A stretch of 64,000 nucleotides of DNA from Hyaloraphidium curvatum SAG 235-1 (GCA_025558095.1 JAIVFI010000002.1:186001-250000), one strand, 5' to 3'. Counted from the stretch's first letter, positions 45,839 to 55,352 are shown. Numbers and translations are program-made. The notes: generated from the sequence alone by a model not told the origin.

Positions 45839-46694
45839 ATGGCGGCCCCGTCCTTCCTGTCCGCCGCGGCGCGGCCGCAGCCCGACGCGTGGCACGGCGG
45901 GCCCGCGTCCGCCGGCGCCGGTGCGGAGGCCGCAGGCGCTTCGCCGCACCGCGGCTTCCCCGCCCGCGCAGCACTCCCCGTCGCCTTCCCCTCCCCTCCC
46001 CGCGCACCGATGCCGGCCGCCGACTGCGCGCCCGCGCTGCCGCTGTCGTTCTTCCTTCCTTCCGCGGGCGGCCCGCCGCCGGTGCCGGGCCACTGCTACT
46101 GGACGTCGCCCGCCTTCCTGGAAACCGTCGCGCCGCACCTCGCCCGCGCCCCGCTGCCCTTCCCCCTGCCCGGCTTCCCGGCGCAGGTGCGCCGCAACTC
46201 CTCCTCGTCGGGCTCCGAAACCCTCGTCGCCGGCGTCCCCGAGCACCCTTCGGAGCGCTTCGACTCGGACGCCGACGGCGACTTTGAGCTGGACGACCCC
46301 GCGGACTTTGCCGGGCTCGCCGGGGCGACGCAATCTCCGGACCCCGAGGGAAGCACCGCCATCGGCGACGAACCCAGCGGCTCCTCTTCGTCCGACGAGG
46401 CGGAGGGAAAGACCGACGCCTGCCGCGAATGCGGCCGCGCCTTCAAATCCACCGGGCACCTCAACAGGTCGGCCCGGCATCGCCCCCCCATATCCAACGC
46501 AGCTGACGTCCGTCCCGCCCCCCCGTCGCAGGCACAAGCGCTCGCACCTCCCCGAGTCCCTGCGCCCGCACGCGTGCTCCTTCGGGTGCGGGCGGCGGTT
46601 CGCGCGGACCGACAACCTCCGCATGCACGAGGCGACGCACCGCCAGGGCGGACATAGGAGGAAGAGGACGCGGCGGGCGAGGGTGGACGACTGA
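45839..46694 (+). CDS. Two-finger C2H2 zinc-finger transcription factor (Nrg1-like recognition helices)
   Basis: CRECGRAFKSTGHLNR|HKRSH across intron 46468-46531, then CSFGCGRRFARTDNLRMHEATH. Confidence 0.9.
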
Positions 46695-47012
46695 GCCCGG
46701 TTTGCGGGCGCGACGCGGGCTTATCCGGTGTGTCGGCTCGAGGATGGAGGTCCCGCCCCCAGTCTTTATCGAACACACGCCACGTATTTCTTGGTCATCT
46801 CACTATGCTGCCTACGCACCCTCTTCTCCTACGCCATTGTCGTTGCCGTTATGTCCGTGGCGCTGTGCAGCGAAGGCGCGGAAGCCCACATCCCGTCCTC
46901 GTCCCCGGTCGTCCCCTGGTAGTCCAGCTGGGCCTTTCCATGTGTCCCTTTTGCGAATTGGCATCCGAAGTTGCGGCCTTTCGACGGCGGCAACGGCCCG
47001 TCGCCCCCAGGA

Positions 47013-47324
47013 TCAGAGCTTCGGCGCCCCCGCCATCCCCTCCCACGCCTCCCCCCCCTCCGACTCCCAGCCATCCTCCCCCTCCAGCCCTTCCGCGTAC
47101 GCCGCATGGCACGTCCCGCAGACCTCGGAGCCCCTCTTCCCGTGCGCGCACTCGGGCGCCTCCCCGCCGCGGTACGCCTCGGGGAACACGGCGGCGAACA
47201 GCGTCCTGCGCACGTCGGCGCCGTTGACCACGGGCGGGGGGACGTGCCGCGCCGCGAGGGCGGCAAAGTCCGGCGGGGCGGGGAACGGCGGGGACGGAGC
47301 GGCGGCGGGGGGCCGCGGGGCCAT
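47013..47324 (-). CDS. Small hypothetical protein with a CxH..CxxC motif
   Basis: ATG ORF of about 103 aa containing CAHGKRGSEVCGTCH and an acidic tail. Confidence 0.4.
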   Translation of the reverse strand: MAPRPPAAAPSPPFPAPPDFAALAARHVPPPVVNGADVRRTLFAAVFPEAYRGGEAPECAHGKRGSEVCGTCHAAYAEGLEGEDGWESEGGEAWEGMAGAPKL

Positions 47325-47900
47325 GCCGGGGAAAAGGAGTGTGGGGGAAGCGGGAAGGTGTGCTGCAGGCAGGAGGCGGGGGCGTGCGTGTGTGGTCCCA
47401 AGGCGCGCGAAAGAAACGGGGAAACGGGGGGCGGGGTTCGGTGGCGGACGATGGCGGAATCCCGCCGTGGTGTCGTGCACAGCGATCGGGGCGGAGGGAT
47501 CGGCGAATCGGCCGGCGGCGGTGGTTTCCGGGACGCGCGCCGCGGCGCCGGCCGGCAGGGCCCGCGGAGTCTAGCGAAAAATGTGCTGGAGGGCGAGGGA
47601 GCGAAGGAGCAGGTTTCCGGCGGCCGGGAGCAGGTGTCGGCGCGGCGCGCCGCACCGAGCGGTTCCCGTCGTACTTTCGGACAGCCCGATTGGTTGGGGA
47701 CCCCACTCGCGGGTCAAGTCGGGCTCTCCCGCGCATCCTGCGATGCCGCTATGTGGCCGGAGGACATTCGCGGACGTGGATGCGCGTCGCGGCGGGTGCC
47801 GGGTCCGATGAAAGTCCAGGATGGGCACAGGCGGCGGAAAGGGTGGTTCGGGGATCGGGCGAGGTTCAAGCGCACCGACCCGGCGTGCACGCGCGGCCAC

Positions 47901-48751
47901 CTATATGCACCCGCAAGGTCGCCATTTGACATCATTGCTCCGTCCCTTTCCGGGGGCCCGAGGCCGGTGGGGCGGTGCGGTGCGGGGGGGCGGAAGTGTT
48001 CCGCAAAAGGACGACGCGGACCGATCGGTCCATGCTGCCATTCGGATCCATGATGCCGATCCGCGCCAGATTGGGATGCGGGCGACGCGGAAAGAGGGGA
48101 GGGAGATTTCGGTGAGGGCGATGCGGCCCATGTCGCGCTTGGTGCGTGCGGCGGGGGGCATGAATTCCTGCTGCGTCGCGAGGAGGCGGAGGGTGCGGTC
48201 CGGCGGCGGGGACAGCGCGATGGGCCGGGGGTCCTCGAGGCCCTGAATGTCGCGTTGCCCGGATCGGGGCGCAGCGACTTCGGCACGCGGAGTTCGACGA
48301 CGGGCACGGCGGGGTCGATGCCCAGGTCTGCGTCCAGCCGCGCGAGGGTGGTCCGCGAGACGAAGCGGTCCTTGTAGATGTAGCGCGACGAGGCCACGTC
48401 GATGCGGTAGCTGACGTGCCGCGTGAGCACCCACAGCGCGCCGTCGGAGCCGCGGAGCAGGGTCGGCGTCGACGGGGCGAAGGTCACCTCGCCGCCGGCA
48501 AAGGCCGCGTGGCCGTCGGGGAACAGCCGCCGCGCGCGGACCATCAGCGGGCGCAGAGCGGGGGCGTGGCGCCAGTCCGAGGGCAGCGCCAGCACGCCGG
48601 CGGCGAAGGAGGCGTTGTCCGCCGCGACAAAGGGCGGCGGCCTGCGCGCGCACGCGGGGGACGGCGCCGCCACCCGGCCGAGCGCAAGCAGCGCGACGAG
48701 GAGCGGCAGGAGCACAAGTGCGACGGGGCGCCGGAGTCCCGCAAAGCCCAT
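47901..48751 (-). pseudogene. Frameshifted and truncated type II membrane beta-propeller glycoenzyme (GH130/GT91-like fold)
   Basis: Signal anchor, PSTPTL..LTRHVSY, and GLEDPR appearing in a new frame after a 1-nt loss near 48243. Protein-like sequence fades after about 48070. Confidence 0.55.
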
Positions 48752-48856
48752 TCGGCGCCGTCTGGGACCGTCCCCGATTGGGGGGGCCCGGCGGGGCAAT
48801 CCCTTGCTTGGCGGCGGATACTCCTAGGGGCCCGCAGCACAATTCGGACCCGCGGG
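48752..48856. promoter_or_regulatory. Short bidirectional promoter containing CAAGGGATTGC (minus strand)
   Basis: 105-bp spacer between divergent ATGs with GCAATCCCTTG at 48796-48806. Confidence 0.45.
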
Positions 48857-50893
48857 ATGCGCGGCCTGCGGTGGCTCTGCTCGCGCGGCCTGCCGCTCGG
48901 CGGACTCGTGGTGATCGCGGCCGGCCTCGCTCGGCGGGGCGGCGGGCCGGCGGGGGCGGCGTCGGCCGCGGGGCGGGCATTCGTCACCGCCGCGTGCGGG
49001 GATGCCCCGCCGGACGCCGTCGCCGCGCTGGTCGAGTCCCTCCGACCGTGCGGACTGCTGGTGGTCGTCATCGCCGACCGTGCGGACGCCGCCAACGTGT
49101 CGCGTGCGTGTCCGGACTGCAGCGTCGCGGCGGGGGACGGCGTGGACGAGAGGCGGGGCTGCGTCGATGCGTTCGCCCGAGCGTGGGCGCTACCCTTTTC
49201 CGAAGTCGCATACTTTGCACCGAATGCGCTGGCGGTGAAGGTGACGGGGCCCGACGGAGCCTGCGGCCTGCTGGGCGACGCAGCCCTCGCCCGCCTGCCC
49301 GTCAATGCTGTGCTCGCCGCGGGCGGGCCGCTGGACGGCGATGCGCCGGACCCGTCGGTCGTGGTGCTGCGGCCACACGTCCGGACTGCTGCGGCCATCA
49401 AGGAATGGGCGGACGCAACCCCGCACGCGTCCCCCGCCGAGCTGCTCGCCGCCTTCTTCTCCCCCGGCGACCAATCGCCTAACAGCCAGTCGCCGAAGCC
49501 TGGCAAATGGTTCCGCCTGCCCCGAACGTCCAACGTGCAGACATCGATGGCCCGCCTGCCCGGCTATCCCGCGCTGGCGGACCGCGCGGCAGTGCTCGTC
49601 TTCGACGGCCCCGCACGGCCATGGGACTTCTTCCGGACCGCCTCCCCGCGCTGGCGCGACTCGTTCGACCCCGCAGCCTGGTGGGCGTGGCAGCGGGCCG
49701 CCAACGCCGCCCGCGCGAGGGCCGGGCTCCTCGGGGACGGCCAGGCGGCGCGCTGGGCTGGCAGGCAGGCGAGCTGCAACGCGCTATTCGGGCAGACCGG
49801 CGGCGCCGACCCCGGCAACGGTGCAGCAGCCACAATGGGGCTCCTTCCGTGGCCGGTCTCCCGTACCCTGCTCCCCCCGCCTCCCGGCTCACGCGGCGGC
49901 AAGCTCGCCGTGCTCCTCGCCACCTTTGATCGCGCCCTGGACACGGTCGCCCTCCTCCTGCGGCACTACGCTGCCAGCCCCGCCGTCTCGGCCGTCTACC
50001 TCCTCTGGCTGAACCCATCCACCGCCGGCCGCATCGCCGCCCTCCCCCCCGGCTGGCCGCATCGCACCCCCACACCTCCCCCCGGCATGGCCCCCATTAC
50101 CGTCGTCCCCGCCCCCCGGGACTCCCTCAACGCGCGCTTCCACCCCCTCCCCTCCCTCCCCTCCTCCTCCATCCTCGTCGCCGACGACGACATGCTCCCC
50201 TCCCACGCGGCCCTGGACCTCCTCCGCCGCGTGCACCTCCTCGACCCGGACCGCCCGGCGTCGTTCCACGCGCGGGGCCACGCGAGGGGCCACGACGGGT
50301 ACCCGAAGTACCTTGCCGGGGCGCACGAGATGCGCGGGTACTCGCTCGCCCTGACCAAGCTCATGGCCGCCCCCGCGGACCTGCTCTTTGCCTACTCGTG
50401 CATGCTCCCCGACGCCGTGCACGCCTTGGTGGACCGCGAGGCGAACTGCGAGGACGTCGCGGCGGGGTTCCTCGCATCGGGCACCTCGGGCAAGCCGCCC
50501 CTCCTGGCGTGGCCGAGGGACGTGGCGGTGCGGTGCGCGCCGCTCGCGCCCGGGGAGGACCCGGGCACGCCGGAGGGGAAGAAGGCCTACTTCGACGCCG
50601 GCTACCTGGACGGGGGCTACTTCTTCCGCGGCGCCGACGGGCCCGCGACGAGGCTGGGGTGCAGGGCCGAGGCGGCGGTGCACGATTTCGGGAGCAGGGG
50701 AGGAGGGCTGTCGTCCAAGCCGGGTCACTTTGCCGCGCGGGCGAGGTGCCTGGCGGAGCTGGAGGGGGTGTTTGGCGACGCGCTGGTCACCGCACGGGAG
50801 ACAGTGGGAGAGTTCAGGGGGCTGCCACCCGTCGGAGGCGGGGGAATGGAGGACCTGGCCGAGGCGAGGGAGCTCGTGCGCGGGCCCGGCTGA
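48857..50893 (+). CDS. Degenerate GT8 (glycogenin-like) domain fused to a GT64 (EXTL-type) glycosyltransferase, intronless
   Basis: GT8-like: AFVTA, AWALPFSEVAYF, PSVVVLRP, WFRLPRTSN and VFDGPARPW. GT64: LATFDR, DSLNARFHP, ILVADDDM, YSLALTK, NCEDV and GLSSKPGHFAARARCL. Confidence 0.88.
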   Translation: MRGLRWLCSRGLPLGGLVVIAAGLARRGGGPAGAASAAGRAFVTAACGDAPPDAVAALVESLRPCGLLVVVIADRADAANVSRACPDCSVAAGDGVDERRGCVDAFARAWALPFSEVAYFAPNALAVKVTGPDGACGLLGDAALARLPVNAVLAAGGPLDGDAPDPSVVVLRPHVRTAAAIKEWADATPHASPAELLAAFFSPGDQSPNSQSPKPGKWFRLPRTSNVQTSMARLPGYPALADRAAVLVFDGPARPWDFFRTASPRWRDSFDPAAWWAWQRAANAARARAGLLGDGQAARWAGRQASCNALFGQTGGADPGNGAAATMGLLPWPVSRTLLPPPPGSRGGKLAVLLATFDRALDTVALLLRHYAASPAVSAVYLLWLNPSTAGRIAALPPGWPHRTPTPPPGMAPITVVPAPRDSLNARFHPLPSLPSSSILVADDDMLPSHAALDLLRRVHLLDPDRPASFHARGHARGHDGYPKYLAGAHEMRGYSLALTKLMAAPADLLFAYSCMLPDAVHALVDREANCEDVAAGFLASGTSGKPPLLAWPRDVAVRCAPLAPGEDPGTPEGKKAYFDAGYLDGGYFFRGADGPATRLGCRAEAAVHDFGSRGGGLSSKPGHFAARARCLAELEGVFGDALVTARETVGEFRGLPPVGGGGMEDLAEARELVRGPG

Positions 50894-50962
50894 TCGGAGC
50901 ACATTCACCGGAGCAGCGTACCCGATCGGCGGGAAGCCTCCATTGTACCACACGCCACGACG

Positions 50963-52858
50963 CTACTGCACCAGCAGCCCGCTCGCCCCCATCTTGCCCA
51001 CACCCCCCGCCAGCATCGGCCCCCCCGCCCAGTCCCCCGCGACCCCCTTGCCCGTCCGCAGCACGTTCCCAAACACCCCCTCCAGCTCCGCCAGGCATCC
51101 CTCCCTGACCTCCATGTGGCTCTTCTTCCCTGACACCCCTTTCGGCCCGCCGTGGTCCTCGATCGCGGGGCGCGGGCCGCACCGCAATTCGGTGCCGTCC
51201 GGGGCGCGCATGAGCACGGGGAGGTAGCTGTCCCCCTCGTCGCGGGTCATCGGCCCCGCATGCGCGGGCGCGCACCGCCACGCACCGGGCGGATCGGGCG
51301 GCCACACGGCGAGCGGGGCGCGGCCCGCCGCGCCCGAGAGCAGGAAGTTGGCGGCCAGGTCCTCGCAGTTCTTTGCCCGCTCCGCCACGGCGCGCGCGGG
51401 AAAGGGGAGCGCGCACGAGTGGAGGAAGAGGAGGTCCGAGGGCGCCGCCATGGCCTTTGTGAGCACCATCGAGTAGCCCTCCCCGAGATCGGCCCGCGTC
51501 CACTTGTACGACCACCCGCCCTCCTTCCCGCGCACGGCATGGCGGGGGTAGTACCCCGCCAGCCTGTCTCCATCCGCGCGCCAAGCGCGGAGCAGCGCGC
51601 TCACTGCCCCGTGGGAGAGGAGCATGTCGTCGTCGAGCACGAGGATGCCGCGGGGAAGTGAGGGCAGGGGGAGGAAGCGGTCGTTGAACGAGTCCCTCGA
51701 CGGGGGGACCACGTGCACGGATGCCTGCTTTCGGCCGTTGCGGGGGTGGAGGTGGAACGGCCAATGGGGGGGTAGCGACCGTGCGGCGTCCTGCGTGCGG
51801 TTGTCCAGCCACAGGAGGTAAACGGATTCGGCGTCGGGGTGCAGGGCGTAATGCCGCACGAGGAGCGCGACTTCCTCCAGGGGGCGGGAGAAGGTGCTGA
51901 TGAGGAAGGCGGCGCGGGCTTCGGCGTCGTCCGAGTCGGGGGAGGGGGGCACGAAGGAGGCGGGAAACGGCCAGCTCGGCGGGTCGGTGCCCGCCGAGGG
52001 GGTTGGGAGGCCGAAGAGCGCGTCGCACCGCGGCCGCACGGCGTCCCAATCCGCCGCTTCCTCGCGAGAGACCAGGCCCGCGGCCAGCCGCGAGGCGTGC
52101 AGGGTGCGCCGCCAGAGCCACCACGCAGCGGGGTCGAACGACTCCCGCCAGCGCAGCTTTTCCCGGCGCGGCCCGGCGCGGAAGAAGTCCCAGGGCCGGG
52201 AGGGCCCGTCAAAGTGCAGCACCGCCGCGCGGGGGGCGAGAGATTTGTAGGCGGGCAGGCGGGCCAGGGACGCGCGCACGTGGAAGCGCTGCGGCAGGCG
52301 GAGCCAGGTGCCCGGCGCCGACGCGTTGCCCGCGGCAAAGTACCCGGCCAGGAGGTCCGCGAAAGGGGCCGAGGGGGTTTCCGCTGCCCGCCGCACCAGC
52401 GCGTCGCGGACTGCCGGATCGGGGCGCAAAACAAGCACGCCGGGGTCGATCGCATCGCCGTCGCCCGGCAGCGAGGTCGCGAAAAGCGCGTTCCGCGGGG
52501 CATTATTGCCAAAATCCAACAGCTCGCAGGCGGCGGGCCGTGCCAACGCGCCGGCGGGAAGCAGCGCGACGGAGCGGTGTGCGAGCCCCCACGCGTCCAG
52601 CGCCGCGCGCCCGCAGTCCGCGCCCCCTTCCGGCCGCAGCATGACGAGCGGGGCATTACACGAGCGCAGGGAGTGTTGCAGCGCCGCCAGCGGGTCGTCG
52701 TCGCCCGGCCCGCAACGCACCGCCGCGAACGCGGAACGGCCTGCTGGAGCGCCCCGCGGCGACCCGGACGCGTCGGGACTCGCCAGCCGCAGCGCCCAGA
52801 ACGCGCAGAAAAAAAGGACCAGTGCGGACGCGGCCAAGCGCGACCGCGTGCCCGCCAT
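50963..52858 (-). CDS. Paralogous degenerate-GT8 + GT64 fusion glycosyltransferase, intronless
   Basis: PGVLVLRP, WLRLPQRF, LHFDGPSRPW, ISTFSR, DSFNDRFLP, LVLDDDM, YSMVLTK, NCEDL and GVSGKKSHMEVREGCL. Confidence 0.88.
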   Translation of the reverse strand: MAGTRSRLAASALVLFFCAFWALRLASPDASGSPRGAPAGRSAFAAVRCGPGDDDPLAALQHSLRSCNAPLVMLRPEGGADCGRAALDAWGLAHRSVALLPAGALARPAACELLDFGNNAPRNALFATSLPGDGDAIDPGVLVLRPDPAVRDALVRRAAETPSAPFADLLAGYFAAGNASAPGTWLRLPQRFHVRASLARLPAYKSLAPRAAVLHFDGPSRPWDFFRAGPRREKLRWRESFDPAAWWLWRRTLHASRLAAGLVSREEAADWDAVRPRCDALFGLPTPSAGTDPPSWPFPASFVPPSPDSDDAEARAAFLISTFSRPLEEVALLVRHYALHPDAESVYLLWLDNRTQDAARSLPPHWPFHLHPRNGRKQASVHVVPPSRDSFNDRFLPLPSLPRGILVLDDDMLLSHGAVSALLRAWRADGDRLAGYYPRHAVRGKEGGWSYKWTRADLGEGYSMVLTKAMAAPSDLLFLHSCALPFPARAVAERAKNCEDLAANFLLSGAAGRAPLAVWPPDPPGAWRCAPAHAGPMTRDEGDSYLPVLMRAPDGTELRCGPRPAIEDHGGPKGVSGKKSHMEVREGCLAELEGVFGNVLRTGKGVAGDWAGGPMLAGGVGKMGASGLLVQ

Positions 52859-52951
52859 CCGCGCAGGAGCGGGACTACGGTTCGCCCAGCCCGCCCAGAG
52901 TGCCAAGGGATCAAGATTCGTCGCCGATCAGCAGCCTCGCGTACAGCGAAT

Positions 52952-54247
52952 CTACGCGATGCCGGCGCCCGCTGCCTTCTTCCCGCGACCATCAGCCCGG
53001 GACCGGGCGCGATCGGTCCACACGCGCGACCCGGGCTGCCGATCCCGCTCGACCACGGTCCCGGACACCGCTGCCGGCGCAGGAACGAGCTCTCCGCCGC
53101 CGAGCCGGGGGACAAAGCTGCACGCGGGGAGCGCGTCCGCTCCCGAAGCGCGCCGAGACCAGGTCCATGCCTTGCATCGGGGCCAGTCCGACGCGCACGC
53201 TGCGGCGCACGCGTCCGGCGAGGCCTCGGGGCCCAGGTAGTCCGGCACAGAGGCCGCGCGCCTGACGGCGGCTTCGTATGCCACTCCGTCCGTCCTCCCT
53301 CCCTGCACGACCTCCGTCCCCGCCTCGGCACCGCGCCGGTATCCGCCGAGCGAGAAGGCGAACCAGTCCCTCTCGACGCCGTTCAGCGTCGTCCTCACCG
53401 CGGCCGACATCGCGACCGTGTGGTTCAGGGTCGACCCCGGGTATGGATCCGTGGCCACCAGCGCCGGCCAGAGCGCATGGCACCGTCCCGGGAACGCCTT
53501 GAGCACGGCCTCGAACCCGCCGACGTCCAGGGGCTCCCTGCCCGCCGCCATCCCCGCGGAGGCGGCTGCCGCGGCGCCGCGGCGGAAGCCGACGGCGTGG
53601 GCGCCGAACACGCGGGCGGGCTGCACGAGGCCGCGCTCGGCGGCGAGGGTGGCGTTGATTCCCGGGTCGTGCATCAGCGTCGCGCCGAGCCAGATGGCCT
53701 GCCAGTCCGCGGGCACGCGGCGCACGGAGGCGTCGAAGGCGCGGGGAAAGTCGGCGTGGAGCACCGCGTCGTCCTCCAATATGAGCACGCTCGGCCCGTC
53801 CGGGGTCGAGACAGTGGCGTTCCCCACGGCGCCGAGCAGCCATCTCATGGAAGCCCACAGCGCCCACACGCCCGGCGTCCGTTCCTTTTCCGCGGCCATC
53901 TCGCCGCAGCGTTCCCGCGCCTCCGGATCGGTGAGGCCGTCGCGGGCGGCGATCACCGCGTGCGGGGCCCCCAAGGCGGAAAGCTGCGCCGAGACGGCGA
54001 GCGCCCGCCGGGACAGCCGATCAAGTCCGATCACGAGGACCAGATCGAAGACGTGCCCCAAAGTGCAGACTTCTGGCGGCCGAGGGCATCCTGCCGCGGC
54101 GGGATGGGGGACGGCGCGGAGAAGGGACGGCACGCGGTCCAGAGGCACGAATCCCGGCTGCATGGTGCCGCCCCGCGACGACAGCAGGTCCGCAACAAAC
54201 AGGACGGCCGCGACGAGGACCGCGGCGCGCCGGAAGCCGCGGCGCAT
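52952..54247 (-). CDS. GT25-family glycosyltransferase with a C-terminal PAN/apple domain, intronless
   Basis: FDLVLVIGLDRLSRR, AARDG, ALWASM, VLILEDDA, PADWQAIWLG and GAHAVG. C-terminus SPDACAAAC..RCKAWTW..CSF..VSG. Confidence 0.82.
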   Translation of the reverse strand: MRRGFRRAAVLVAAVLFVADLLSSRGGTMQPGFVPLDRVPSLLRAVPHPAAAGCPRPPEVCTLGHVFDLVLVIGLDRLSRRALAVSAQLSALGAPHAVIAARDGLTDPEARERCGEMAAEKERTPGVWALWASMRWLLGAVGNATVSTPDGPSVLILEDDAVLHADFPRAFDASVRRVPADWQAIWLGATLMHDPGINATLAAERGLVQPARVFGAHAVGFRRGAAAAASAGMAAGREPLDVGGFEAVLKAFPGRCHALWPALVATDPYPGSTLNHTVAMSAAVRTTLNGVERDWFAFSLGGYRRGAEAGTEVVQGGRTDGVAYEAAVRRAASVPDYLGPEASPDACAAACASDWPRCKAWTWSRRASGADALPACSFVPRLGGGELVPAPAAVSGTVVERDRQPGSRVWTDRARSRADGRGKKAAGAGIA

Positions 54248-54302
54248 GCCGGCATCCAGGGGATTTCAAGGGATTGCGGGACGGCCGACGCGTCGAATTA
54301 GG
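54248..54302. promoter_or_regulatory. Very short bidirectional promoter containing CAAGGGATTGC
   Basis: 55-bp spacer between the divergent GT25 and GT34 ATGs with the motif at 54267-54277. Confidence 0.45.
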
Positions 54303-55352
54303 ATGGGCGTCCCATTGCCGCGGCCCGGGGTGCGCCTCGTGGCGCCGGTTGTGCTGGTGGCGCTGCTCGCGTACCGGCGGTGGGACGATTGGGAGCCGCC
54401 CGCCGCGCCGCCGCGGAACCCACGCGTCGCAATCGTCACGGCCTTTGTCGGAACGGCGTTGGCGCCGCTGGCCGCAGTCTCGCGCCCGTTCAAGGAGCGC
54501 CACGCGGCCCGCAACGACTACTCGCTGTTTGACGCGGCGTCGCCGTCCTTCGCCTCCGAGTTCGGCCCCGACGCGTCCGCCTTCGAGCCGCCCCCTCCCT
54601 CGGCCGCCTCGACGATGGAAGGGCTGGACGCCATCTACGCAGCCCGCCGGCGCATTAAATTGCGTTCCCTGCGCGCCGTCCTGGCCTCGGGCCGGTTCGA
54701 CTGGGTCGCCTGGACCGACGCCGACCACGCCTTCCTCAAACCCTCCTTCTCCTTTTCCGCCGCCGGGCTGCTCGACCCCCGCTGGGACCTCGTCCTCCCC
54801 TCCGCCTCGCACCATTCCGCAAAATGGCACGGCATCCCCAACCTCGGCTTCACCCTCCTCCGCCGCGACCCTTGGACCCTCTCCCTCCTCGACGCCCTCC
54901 TCGACATGTCCTCCCGCCCGTGCAACCGCACCGCGCTCGCCGGCACCCGCGCCAACGGCTGGCTCGAACTGTGCACGCAAGAGGGGAGGTACTGGCTCGG
55001 CGACCAGGGCCTGCTAATGGCGTACCTCGCGCTGCACCCCGGGGAAGCGTGCCGCGCGAGGAGGATACCCATCCGCGCGGCGGGGGGGCTGTGGCCCTGC
55101 GTGAAGCCCGGGGATCCGGCCGTGCATTTCGCGGGGGCAAAGGATCCGGGGAAGGCGGTGCGGATGCTGCACGCGCTCGATGCGCACGCGCGGAGGGATC
55201 CGGAGGGGGGTGTGCCGGGTGGGGGGGCGGGGGAGATGGGGGAGGCCAAGGCAGCGTGGGAAAAGGGGGAGTGCGAGGGGGCGGAGGACACTTCCGAGGT
55301 GCGGGCGAGGATGGAGGCGGATTGGCCGCCGTGCGACGGACGGAGACGATAG
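54303..55352 (+). CDS. GT34-family (GMA12/MNN10-like) glycosyltransferase, intronless
   Basis: RVAIVT, KERHAARNDY, IKL, FDWVAWTDADH, NLGFTLLRRDPW, GDQG and PGDPAVHFAG. N-terminal signal anchor. Confidence 0.85.
   Translation: MGVPLPRPGVRLVAPVVLVALLAYRRWDDWEPPAAPPRNPRVAIVTAFVGTALAPLAAVSRPFKERHAARNDYSLFDAASPSFASEFGPDASAFEPPPPSAASTMEGLDAIYAARRRIKLRSLRAVLASGRFDWVAWTDADHAFLKPSFSFSAAGLLDPRWDLVLPSASHHSAKWHGIPNLGFTLLRRDPWTLSLLDALLDMSSRPCNRTALAGTRANGWLELCTQEGRYWLGDQGLLMAYLALHPGEACRARRIPIRAAGGLWPCVKPGDPAVHFAGAKDPGKAVRMLHALDAHARRDPEGGVPGGGAGEMGEAKAAWEKGECEGAEDTSEVRARMEADWPPCDGRRR

Noticed and set aside
43318-55352. Endogenous giant-virus origin for the intronless GT block
   Set aside because: Such GT families do occur in large DNA viruses, but no capsid, polymerase, primase, packaging ATPase or compositional break is visible, so it cannot be supported here.
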